Assembly (NCBI GenBank): GCA_000002435.2
Contig: CM018792.1
Length of the DNA stretch: 64,000 bases
Strand: one strand, 5' to 3'
DNA from: Giardia intestinalis
Taxonomy: Eukaryota
Shown: positions 12,001 to 17,360 of the stretch, piece by piece
How positions within the stretch are numbered: position 1 is the stretch's first letter
How the letters are laid out: each line of letters opens with the position of its first letter
The notes under the pieces: model-generated
The model's database searches: none
Seen by the model: only the letters and a program-made list of their open reading frames with translations
Told to the model about the DNA's origin: nothing
Made by a program: the position numbers and the translations under genes

Positions 12001-12246
12001 ATTGGATAGAGAGTGAACAACCTCGAGTTTGTGTAGTTTCTCATTGAACCATAAAAAGAGTGAGCAGTGAGCGGAGTCTGTCGGATTGGTAAACTCTAAA
12101 AACAGCTCGTGGTATGGATCCATGTCCGTGAGCTCGATCCTATAGCCCCCGGAGGCACGCATGATATCGAGAATGAAATACAAGAACTCCTGGTCGACCG
12201 GCACCAAGTTTGTGCCCTCGACGCCACCACTCATGACCGAGTCCAT
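1..12246 (-). CDS. Dynein heavy chain, axonemal type (N-terminal tail through AAA4 and the start of the stalk; the 3' end runs off the window start)
   Basis: The minus-strand ATG at 12246-12244 is preceded by an in-frame TAA 6 nt upstream. The N-terminus translates as MDSVMSGGVEGTNLVPVDQEFLYFILDIMRASGGYRIELTDMDPYHELFLEF. The minus-strand frame with codon starts congruent to 1 mod 3 contains AAA1 P-loop GPAGTGKTETTKDLAKA (~4588-4611), AAA2 GNSGSGKTT (~3742-3765), AAA3 GVSGTGKTS (~2140-2163) and AAA4 GSGGSGRSS (~985-1015). Near position 1 there is stalk-like coiled coil (LKGGINKLMETRETVEEMRKELETTKV). The ORF track lists no ORF ending in this frame, so the reading frame is inferred to be open across the whole interval. 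The TETTKDLAKA context after the AAA1 P-loop is the axonemal-type signature. Confidence 0.93.
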   Translation of the reverse strand, partial: MDSVMSGGVEGTNLVPVDQEFLYFILDIMRASGGYRIELTDMDPYHELFLEFTNPTDSAHCSLFLWFNEKLHKLEVVHSLSNTTDFSAAKSDTSQPTLAFSIYYFVRLETMPADFTDWRNHIQMGTVSPCVTESLLNAMNSVYSPWIRSFNTWPSSVRDDFLSQIERYMASLTETTYLAKGRTVLYIPSFEDLDPVEGSRNKELIPRLESLVVHWTRQIKELLSGVHSMARTSMTAQQAITPGTAPKTDDASRPITQFSKKAARGLNACATKYHPFPRLQDPLDELCYWKTRAADLTAVLDQLRSRALCNVIETLKLAHSQYADTFDELAAVIKERTNESMSNLKFLGTIEGACRSLMTTKDLNDIASVLPDLLCQIKLISAQSAYYSNVANLSGLLRRVSSLVVNSLVSMVSLYDIFVGDSLRSIHDLIGCNAIINSWILLYKQACDNTKEHEDLVTEIETAKKAAIEAEAQMGALPPPEPEPVPEPDERTEEGEGTEDSYDNPAALNHIPPQYHKTVYCLLLRKQRPDQPFMEWSFDSSVVSSAEAFGQRCIDLCEICQDRLQFSRADTLIASKDGFLQRHTNSNAGAEQNGKQHIKENTFSATPKTETIELPNGLTVDMSLLSQIGKPPYDNLNTASLADINSAEYLLPKFGGSLGQMIRRSFREIQRTFLRHLALLSRVPYNHFDVRSNSWHESVAAYRQGIKALTIFTENIISTNFSQSSHSVVETCAILEAFSHLSSRPAFRRSVEKKTLDTVRLFIEKAGQIKSQFELLRTASNTTNVESKPSEARDTKRTTKLAAAKAPLGTKARSTKAVSGANSGTAKASAKVALSGTDEHAQPERKLDVDQASASMATTVAHSTVLTFASFQPRIAMNSVNIKRLLSALERDWDALVIWLSPGARQVASELLNRERRNAAAAASGVGTNDSRQAVELLVNYSRDEREAIEIYAKTKALFESYIDRNFREWVSSIKSYNFEAELEKPIMALTPIPDALKEKLNVDSALNALDMGTSSDKAKKAPQAKDEPHEETTNTILLLNRVSLQYPVSIKNCLQEVMYWSKLGYDIPENAKQLYSRRTALHQKKELVSLCVSEVNRVVDNLAPDEILLFRSRLSELSNYLSDAWTKIGWNTRGLLQFIMKARKLAIEAFALTCLFHNKRKTIEDCIRSLSSISLINCKLCADTSSSSSLSHAQSMEQSLADDDDAQLGERSSTSGPLQLSEFVSNQRVTLDSATRQFFETLNLAEDSLVSCYNIFRKDGPSVQAEWIQFVSQIESRIEVSLLALFVQSFEELAFIMTGRRSRPLDMSAYKPEAIPIFKLFLVLTKHPIISPSVDELNGAVVTVLRSAILGIVERIERFHISLSAKERRLREMRIAEAERIFQEKIDQREREGLQTSPAEIAVLRADIDEWASLKMPEYKVRIPYLDLFRFAINILDQPANTVTVYSPSSCPDEATDQQAKGINTNALGHAIAWIRYSLDAVCKQATTYAGNFARYSELWLEDMRGYEIRHNLLSQPLSVYEDTLKSFQRLEADLQQEESHIHLSVIQLDCTNLKTELARKSADFQSYLIDVLQEKAFSELKLVTNDLNEMILLLDKESRDLDDLQRQITNLDSAKVLIGSINERCQPIGQKFQLLMTLEANVSADKLVILNGLTDLITKAKGAIDSAQLKVAVERTKFRDQVTRDQANLTQACMDLKTLVQSEGPYSPNVVTKAIEGVALTAEDIQQAERILHRFENKYDDLLQLKEQVEHGLRIFQAEFKDVKELSIIQGMIKQLKSIWSIASAWNNYYSSVKRTQMRHIDHEQLDAEIKKNQISVRKLPNDTKAFPVSKTLALQLEEYRPVPAVSQDLKNTAMRPRHWAQISEITGIYLLIPKDTPNILGPASGGEPIAKLSNLVSSGVNLDSSTTSAGLSSSAVNNEAYDKVIIDPDSMHFTLHFIISSGLMVHAESIAAISSGATQELFIEEGMRDIVKKWHMLELNVATYQSKSYGGDVRNKPTYYILKGLEDLFANLEEHSLSISTMKGSKYARAFEQELDTWDAVLSQVSEGIEIILNSQRAWMYLETIFAASDDIRKQLPAESQLFDEANELWKKSMTRIHREKRVLVCFDILELLQTNIGSKINLRRSSVIIKSMLEISQTLDQIQKRLEDYLERKRVSFPRFYFLSNDELLEILAQSKNPLAVQPHIRKCFDAMKSLDVTDKAGTNISQYTDVSQLKPNTVVIASGMRGDCGELVPFLRNIICTGVPVEVWLGQVEDCMRATLKDMAPRCLLDMVNGKLPLEILLGKWPGQLTIASNQIRWTQHVAHALSSGAKFLDKTKLEAPTLRNKKDTFDRPGEDGLDGGDETAAEEPQEELDDEAFLMQQLMQTPGFQDCLDTVRRNLKNSRKRSMIFLSKLTEIVRKQRSEFVVPQAAPYPCNFQGSLIQNKVRSHITLEVHNRDIIEELYHAKVYNDQCFEWFSQLKYYLELVGSDFDQPSNKKKKKEEKREDMTMCIVIRQTTSILAYQYEYLANTGRLVCTPLTDRCYVTLTSALQLRKGGAPQGPAGTGKTETTKDLAKAISIQCLIFNCSEGLDYKSLGRMFSGLCQTGAWSCFDEFNRLYVDVLSVVAQQVGTILAAISKNASRFVFEGREISLKRTCGVFITMNPGYAGRSELPDNLKALFRPISMCVPQMQLICEIMILSEGFATAKSLGMKAKTLFELSNLQLSKQGHYDFGLRAMKAVLLTAGMLKRSHPEYPEDMIMMRSLKYSTEPKLVRQDTLLFTGLISDLFPGVELQDVSYGLVEAGVDIEMAVRNIHINTKQRDKIFQFLETQESRHGVMVIGNSGSGKTTCYEVLAAARARAKKAYTEYLEATQPKGAVQAKAFLKNPYCIMIKHVVDSQEIPFKAVSPYLYLLQKLYKDETGTSKHIQETVYLAKCIHYMKDVYKYDSNTGAYAFTPARDQKDTTVGDVLVEPVYDEKVRTPYDDAYDVVIDYINPKALNINQLYGAFDMATQEWVDGVVSNCIRSSSALGNDPNNKTYYTTLFDGPVDTLWIESLNSVLDDSKILTLVNGERISFPKAVNFLFEANDLSQASPATVSRAGMIYCDLSDIEWRWLYRHGIDKFYRSRTRNELVRERYGTFQFNLERAIAKVKENEGDSSNYKELIKHDVPAETNQLIIDTLEGYGMKLFNKVFDAKEQGILTQSIDYSVYSMMRTFFNMFEALAQPHNGVWIDIFDNDGMVQRVVEMYIVFSLVWAFGGSLDSDGRQHFDLIIREVEGALPVADTVWDYKVDHGRRSWVHWNEVLPRGWRPNPAIPLYSTLVPTVDTLRTEYVVKTAILHAAIESIEIRNYHTVGPANSYTTSYGVMLYGVSGTGKTSIFKNIIIPALEQGLITNSAYEYYSTLQVACDGATNLEKMFVGGNIGKYNIVSLGLSAQTSPQRLQAVLESRLQPRSTTSMGPVGGKRLLAFFDDYNLPQRDAFGSQPPLEFMRQVMDRGTMYRQKKDKYYLSSILDVDIVPAMAVPGGGRNPICARNLSLFSIFGIDSPSENVLKGIFHTLLNAHFALGFDEQIRQMVDTLVTSGIEIYAQVSSSLLPTPLKPHYVFNLRDLSKFFLSLMKADPQQQTTQDSIVRLWTHECLRVYHDRLVETDRPWFFDLLSSKLGNHFNTTLSRVFYEKQPPLFVDFLETKWISTIPNNQDPDTEVGVFQEITSKKMLKTFMEEKLREYNNSGAASMNLVLFNDAIDHCCRIARILSSPSGHALLIGSGGSGRSSMTRLAAHLQRQTVFSIDLAKNYGVAQFREDMKKLFLMAGVDNQAVCFLLSDQQIADEAFLEDVNSILSSGEIPGLFTQDEMSQIRDALSPVCKQYGMSETMENCYQMLLQRSKVNLHIVLAFSPSGEVFRRRLRMFPSLVGSCTLDLFGDWPTSALEEVALYFLSDFKELDEFENMQRVLEIDENGNIVEEKAQPPATTARGGSSQNSSRDESDTTDPTRMSLRRKLAKAFVTAHDVSHKTALEMELASKRKVHVTPAGYLSLVRLYRDILLQQRHKITNDINKLKGGINKLMETRETVEEMRKELETTKVVVLESQENCEN

Positions 12247-12363
12247 TTTTTACTTTCAATATTTACTTTCCACTTCCAGCACTTGGGCTTCATGGTAAAC
12301 CCAGAGCTGCCATGAGAAAATATTTACCAACAGGATATAGTGATCAGCAAGAGAGGTTGTCCA

Positions 12364-12750
12364 TCAAAGGGTCTCTGGCCAAGGCCGGAGAATACAGGGC
12401 GTGCTCACGGTAAGGACCTCACATATCAAGTAGGTACCGGACCTGGCTATCGTGTGCAGTGCAGTTCCTGGAGAGACCCCTGCGTCCTTATACCGGATTA
12501 CTCCATATGTGGCGTCTAAACGTAGCCCATCATCGACACAGAGTACCCTGAGGGCTATGGATGACTCTGAGACATGGATTGCTTGGGCAAGAACCCTGTC
12601 ACCAGAGCGTACGACTTGCAAACGCTTATGCGTGGGCCCGTGAGGCTCGGTTATGCCTTCATTGAAGCCTTTACGCAAGCAGCCCTCCACAGCGCTATTC
12701 ATTTTATGAAAGAGACTTAGAAGAGGCGGTCCAAGCGTCTGCCCTGGCAT
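12364..12750 (-). CDS. hypothetical small protein (128 aa from the first ATG; the track ORF starts at a GTG at 12762)
   Basis: This is an ORF between the dynein start and the syntaxin stop, reading MPGQTLGPPLLSLFHKMNSAVEGCLRKGFNEGITEPHG.... No family could be recognised with any confidence. A plus-strand ORF at 12452..12643 overlaps it. It may be spurious. Confidence 0.25.
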   Translation of the reverse strand: MPGQTLGPPLLSLFHKMNSAVEGCLRKGFNEGITEPHGPTHKRLQVVRSGDRVLAQAIHVSESSIALRVLCVDDGLRLDATYGVIRYKDAGVSPGTALHTIARSGTYLICEVLTVSTPCILRPWPETL

Positions 12751-12789
12751 GGCAGCCCTCACCGGCCCAGGAAGAGAGCTTGCAAAGGT

Positions 12790-13671
12790 TTACTTAAAGA
12801 TTGTGCTCAGGACGGAGATGACAATGATAGCAATGACTGCTATTATGACGCCCCAGATGATAAGGCACTTCTTCGAGCATTTGTGGTGCTTCTCTGCCTT
12901 TTTGAGATGTTCCACGCCAGCCTCCACGTCGTCATCCGCGGCTTTCACATTGGCCTCGATCCGGTTGATCGTCTCCTGGTTCGCATGCACCTCCTCTGCC
13001 ATTAGGCCCATCATGGCCAGTACCTCTGCTACATCGCGGTGGATATTCTGGATCAGCTCTCCTTCACGCTCGTCCACGAGCTCCATCTCCTGAAGCTCTT
13101 GGCGGAGCATCTGCTCCTCGGCCTTCTCATTCTCTGCCTCGCCTGCGGGTCTCTGTGCGTCATACTGGGCGGCGCGGATTTTGTTTCCGATGTTATCCAA
13201 GAGATGGGTAAGCTTCTTCATAATGCTGTCCAGCTGGGTCTCCTTGTTAGCCACGGTCTGCTGGTAGGATCTCTTCTTCCCAGCAATGATTACTGACTGG
13301 GCATCGTCTAGAGCCCCTTTGCGCTGGAGCGCTGCCTGCTGTTTCCCAAGATCTTTAATCGACTCTGTAACCTCTCTGAGCATTCTGCCCTTTATCTCCG
13401 CGACCTTACCATTTATCGTGTTCTTAAATTCTTTCAGCTCTACTTCGGTGTTGATAGACTCTGCCTTGCGTGTCGCTTCTGACAGGGAAACGATTGCATC
13501 GTCAACCCGCTTAATGGCGCTATTAATGGCCTCGTAGGCAGTGAGTATTTCCTTAGGGACAGGACTCGTTCCGGAACTAGTGGCCGTTTTGCCTGTAGCG
13601 GGCTTTTCAACCGGCAGGAGACTCTGACTGTCGTTGGGTTCGTCTATAAAGTCGTCATACATGTTCTCCAT
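12790..13671 (-). CDS. Syntaxin-like Qa-SNARE (t-SNARE) with a C-terminal transmembrane anchor
   Basis: 293 aa, with an ATG start verified at 13671-13669. There is an N-terminal helical region, a SNARE motif (EREGELIQNIHRDVAEVLAMMGLMAEEVHANQETINRIEANV) with the zero-layer Gln, and then a basic stretch plus hydrophobic tail (CLIIWGVIIAVIAIIVISVLSTIFK). AAGTAAACC overlaps the stop codon, which fits a polyadenylation signal. Confidence 0.85.
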   Translation of the reverse strand: MENMYDDFIDEPNDSQSLLPVEKPATGKTATSSGTSPVPKEILTAYEAINSAIKRVDDAIVSLSEATRKAESINTEVELKEFKNTINGKVAEIKGRMLREVTESIKDLGKQQAALQRKGALDDAQSVIIAGKKRSYQQTVANKETQLDSIMKKLTHLLDNIGNKIRAAQYDAQRPAGEAENEKAEEQMLRQELQEMELVDEREGELIQNIHRDVAEVLAMMGLMAEEVHANQETINRIEANVKAADDDVEAGVEHLKKAEKHHKCSKKCLIIWGVIIAVIAIIVISVLSTIFK

Positions 13672-14032
13672 CGGTGAGCAATGCCAATTACCGTTTCAAA
13701 GATTTACTTTTTAGTCTAACTTTTTTCAAATTTGCTACTAACTTTTACTCTCTCCAAGCAGTTGCACTTACACAGCGCGTCAGTTGGTGCCCATTTTCTT
13801 GTATCTGGTTGCTACCTTCAACATTCTCTAAGCCTTACTAAACCTCCTGAGAACTATGATGGAGCACATACAACGCTCAATGCTATTCTCTGTGTGCTGT
13901 TCCGCAATTAGTATATCTCAGTTCAGAACAAAGTAGTTCACAACCTACTCTCTTGTAAGGCATGTTCATGACCAAAATTGTGCATGAGTGAACCTTAAGA
14001 TAAATCATCTGCTTGGTTTAACGGTGGACACC

Positions 14033-16603
14033 ATGTTTCCAGGGGCGCTCAGTTCTTTGTCGGTAGACTTCGAAACTGCAGAAACAGAATTCGAGACCAA
14101 ACTGGAGCAATTTGTGATGGGACTCAATAGAGATACAGCGGACCTTCAGCAAGCATCATTCCTTGTAAGGGCGTCAGGCTACGAACATAAGTTGCCAGTG
14201 GTGTTTTCGCGAAAAGTATATGCACTAGCATTACAATTGAAAGAGAAGAATCTTGGCAACGCTAGGGAAATTATTCTCCAGTTTCTCAAGAATGTGGTTA
14301 TCTCCTCCACTTATATTCCGCGCCTGGAGCATGCTGCGCTTGGTTACCTGGAAAGGTGCATCAGCTCCTTCGGAATTTATGTTTACTCCGCTAAAGAAGC
14401 TATCGTGCAGCTACTCGTCGATGTGCTTTTGGGTGTCTATAATCTACCAGGAAAGGCTCCACACGACTTACTGATTCATAAGATACCCCACAAAGTAGCA
14501 TGGGGAATCGTCGGGGCTATCTCCATGGTGTCATTCGAGACCGACGATGACATGTCTGCACTTGCCACCGGCATCCGATTGTCGCTGCAGGCGTACAAGA
14601 AGGATACCCCACTGACTAAGACCCGGCTCAACCAGCTGGTTATGTTATTCCGCGTTTCACTTGAGGTTGAGAACTTGTTTAAAATACAATCTTCTCTCTA
14701 TTGTTCTCCCACGATATTTTCACAGGTGTATGGAGATATTTTCTTTTCTGCTCAGAAGGACCCACTGGTACGCTTGGTGCAGGATGACGTCACAGCAATC
14801 CAGGGATACGTAGAGCTCTTAGTGATTCCATCTACCAACATCGCCCATCTTGTGCATCTGTGTCGCGAGATCTCTTTGGCCTCAGTATCTGATGAGGACC
14901 TTCCTAGCCTAGTGCGTGATCGAGACACTAACCAGGAGCTGGGATGCACAACGATTGCTACTCTATGCGCATTTTACAAGCAGGTCATTTTCTCCGGGCA
15001 TCAGGTGGGCAAGGAGATTCTAGAAAACATCCGGATTGCTGCCAATAAGCAGCTAGCAAAGGGCCCTCTGTACGAGTTTCTTTCTCCGGTGGCTGACATT
15101 CGTTCCATCTTGCCTTTTCTCTTCTTGAATCATCCACCTACCTTTTTGATTGACATGATAGAACTTTCGCTTTCGTTGACATATAGGAATATACTACGTG
15201 TTCTACGTGACCCACTGTCTGACCAAAACGAAGTTGATGACGCAGAAACTTCTGCAGGACAGCTGATCGGTTTTCTAGTGCAGGCAATCATTCAGCTTGG
15301 AGGATCCTTTGTTATCGAGTGTGCTGAAGCCAAGCAGTTGGCAGAACGTTGTCTCGAGAGGGTAGGCAGGGTTCTAGCTATTATCTTTGATCAGTGGCAG
15401 AGACACAAGGAGTCTGAGGCCCCAGTGAAGACGCACGCGTTGCAAACACTGCACAGACAGGCAGATATGATTGCTTTTATGTTAGGAACTGAGATTGATC
15501 TCTTGGAAGCCCTAAAGCTTCTCTGCAAGGGCAATATGTTGGCGACTGATAAGCTTCTGCAGTGTATTCAAGAGCTGAGGCTTTGCTATCGAGCCATGAT
15601 AGATGACAACAGCACAAGTGATACACCTCTTTCCCTTGTCTGTCCATACGTAACACTGGTTAGACATAGGAGTGAGTCGAGTACGGGGGCTTTCCCCATG
15701 ATCCGCTACGAGCTGCTCACATCAAATGTAATGCTCTGCATCAGCACACTCTATACCGCACGCCTGGAGGAAGTTTTCAGAGGAAGAAACATACTTATCG
15801 ATACAGGCTCCAGGGTGATATTCGAGTACGCTCTGAACTCCTTCAGCGTCAACATCAGCACATATACCATTGTGATGCTTCTTCTCCTGTTCCTTCAGTC
15901 GGCTGACTTTGCGCCTCCCTTGCGGTTTAACAAGTTCGTGAGCAAGTTCTTTACATCATTTGCCATGGAAAGTACCCTTAGCTCGCGCGTACTTATTACC
16001 AGATTGATTTTGGGATTGGTATTTGATGTGCCGTTTATTTGCTTAAGCAAGACCGGCCATTCTGTCTCAGCTAAGCAAGTGGACTACACAGACGGCTTCA
16101 TCACCTCCTTCACAGACATATCTGGGATCTTGAATTGTAGCACAATATCAGAGATTGGTATAAGAGGAGATTCTATCGATCGTTTAGCAACCCTATTCGT
16201 TTATGCCAATCCTTACGTTACAGATGTGCTTACGGTTCTTATTGAGCAAGGCTTTGATCTCTATGACCCTGAGAGGCACCTGATCAATATGCATTTCCCT
16301 GAATATATCTTTCAGTCTGACCCTCGCTCACCGCCAGGCGTCCCGTCACAGTGCAACAGTGATTCCTTTGCTGATGTCCACACTCCTCAAAGTCGAAAGT
16401 ACATCGCTCAACACCATCTTTCTCTAAAGGCGGCAATAGCTCAATGTGTCAAAAGATCCAAGAGTTCACTTTTAAAAATACACAGCGAAATAAGTAGGAA
16501 GTGGTCAATAGAATTGGATACTCTAAAGATTATTCTTGGGGAGCTAGTGGACACTGGGGTCCTTGAGATTGATGAGCAAGGTTTGTATACATTTGAGATA
16601 TAA
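14033..16603 (+). CDS. hypothetical protein (~856 aa, helical-repeat-like, no recognised domain)
   Basis: The track ORF starts at a GTG at 13988, and the first in-frame ATG is at 14033 (MFPGALSSLSVDFETAETEF...). It is a long uninterrupted ORF with coding-like composition. No motif was recognised. Confidence 0.55.
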   Translation: MFPGALSSLSVDFETAETEFETKLEQFVMGLNRDTADLQQASFLVRASGYEHKLPVVFSRKVYALALQLKEKNLGNAREIILQFLKNVVISSTYIPRLEHAALGYLERCISSFGIYVYSAKEAIVQLLVDVLLGVYNLPGKAPHDLLIHKIPHKVAWGIVGAISMVSFETDDDMSALATGIRLSLQAYKKDTPLTKTRLNQLVMLFRVSLEVENLFKIQSSLYCSPTIFSQVYGDIFFSAQKDPLVRLVQDDVTAIQGYVELLVIPSTNIAHLVHLCREISLASVSDEDLPSLVRDRDTNQELGCTTIATLCAFYKQVIFSGHQVGKEILENIRIAANKQLAKGPLYEFLSPVADIRSILPFLFLNHPPTFLIDMIELSLSLTYRNILRVLRDPLSDQNEVDDAETSAGQLIGFLVQAIIQLGGSFVIECAEAKQLAERCLERVGRVLAIIFDQWQRHKESEAPVKTHALQTLHRQADMIAFMLGTEIDLLEALKLLCKGNMLATDKLLQCIQELRLCYRAMIDDNSTSDTPLSLVCPYVTLVRHRSESSTGAFPMIRYELLTSNVMLCISTLYTARLEEVFRGRNILIDTGSRVIFEYALNSFSVNISTYTIVMLLLLFLQSADFAPPLRFNKFVSKFFTSFAMESTLSSRVLITRLILGLVFDVPFICLSKTGHSVSAKQVDYTDGFITSFTDISGILNCSTISEIGIRGDSIDRLATLFVYANPYVTDVLTVLIEQGFDLYDPERHLINMHFPEYIFQSDPRSPPGVPSQCNSDSFADVHTPQSRKYIAQHHLSLKAAIAQCVKRSKSSLLKIHSEISRKWSIELDTLKIILGELVDTGVLEIDEQGLYTFEI

Positions 16604-16701
16604 TTGTCCGCGGAATCTATCTTGACGTACTAGCCACATTTCGCCGACACTGGACAGGGAAACCTTTTAGAACCTTTTGACAAAAGGTAGCCAACAGATG
16701 C

Positions 16702-17349
16702 TCATAGAACAGCACATAGTCTGCAGTTTGTCTTCTTGGCTTCTTTGAGAAACATTTTGGACGCTGCAGACAGGTCATCGGACTTCTTCATGACCTCATC
16801 AAGACTCCTCCCACGCTCAACAATCTTCTCTAGATTTGCATACGCCATGTCTCGCACTTCATCGATATCTTTGGCCAGCTTAGAAAGCTGATCGTTCTCT
16901 TCTGGCCTCTGAGCTCTCTTTAAAAGAGGAACTAAGTCTACAAGACCACCATCCTCTTTTGGCCCTACAGCATCTTTGGAGACATTGAGCTTGTTGGGCG
17001 GTAAATTCATCGCTAGAGAAAGCATCTCCTTAAGGTAATGGTTTGCGAAGCGGATGGCATACGAAGTATTGGCTACTAGGATTGCAGTTGTACCGCTTGA
17101 ATTCTTAAGTCCATAGACGCAGTACGCAAAGTCATTGTTTGCTGACGCCTTTATCATGTTCCCAGGCTGCAGAGCAAGGGCGACGGACCGAGCTGAGAAA
17201 CGCATGATCTCTTTGGCAGATCCCCGGGTCACCAAAGAGAGAGACGAGACGTCGTGTGCGGCTGCAACTATGGCAACGGTTTTCTCCTCCCCATTGACAG
17301 GAGGCAGGTCCTGGATCAGGGCCACGTACATGACCGGAGAAGAGGTCAT
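16702..17349 (-). CDS. YKT6: R-SNARE Ykt6 (longin domain, SNARE motif and a C-terminal lipidation box)
   Basis: The C-terminus (ANLEKIVERGRSLDEVMKKSDDLSAASKMFLKEAKKTNCRLCAVL) aligns with yeast and human Ykt6 (..[36 protein letters not shown]). The N-terminal AHDVSSLSLVTRGSAKEIMRFSA matches the Ykt6 longin domain. There is no TM domain, and the protein ends in a CaaX-like CAVL. The longest ORF reaches an ATG at 17367, but the ATGs at 17349 (inside the palindromic initiator) or at 17331 (the homology-supported MYVALIQ start) are more likely the true start. Confidence 0.88.
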   Translation of the reverse strand: MTSSPVMYVALIQDLPPVNGEEKTVAIVAAAHDVSSLSLVTRGSAKEIMRFSARSVALALQPGNMIKASANNDFAYCVYGLKNSSGTTAILVANTSYAIRFANHYLKEMLSLAMNLPPNKLNVSKDAVGPKEDGGLVDLVPLLKRAQRPEENDQLSKLAKDIDEVRDMAYANLEKIVERGRSLDEVMKKSDDLSAASKMFLKEAKKTNCRLCAVL

Positions 17350-17360
17350 TTTTAAAAATG
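17347..17360. promoter_or_regulatory. Palindromic bidirectional AT-rich initiator CATTTTTAAAAATG shared by the Ykt6 and Rpt4 genes
   Basis: This is a perfect 14-nt palindrome. On the plus strand it ends in the ATG of Rpt4 (17358). On the minus strand it ends in an ATG at 17349, which is Met7 of the longest Ykt6 ORF. Each start codon is preceded by five A residues, as in Giardia-type initiators. Confidence 0.5.

Noticed and set aside
12364-12750. Possible Rpp29/Pop4 or ribosomal KOW-type identity for the 128-aa ORF (VVRSGDRVLAQAIHVSESSIALRVL...)
   Set aside because: The pattern match is too weak and short to support a call.
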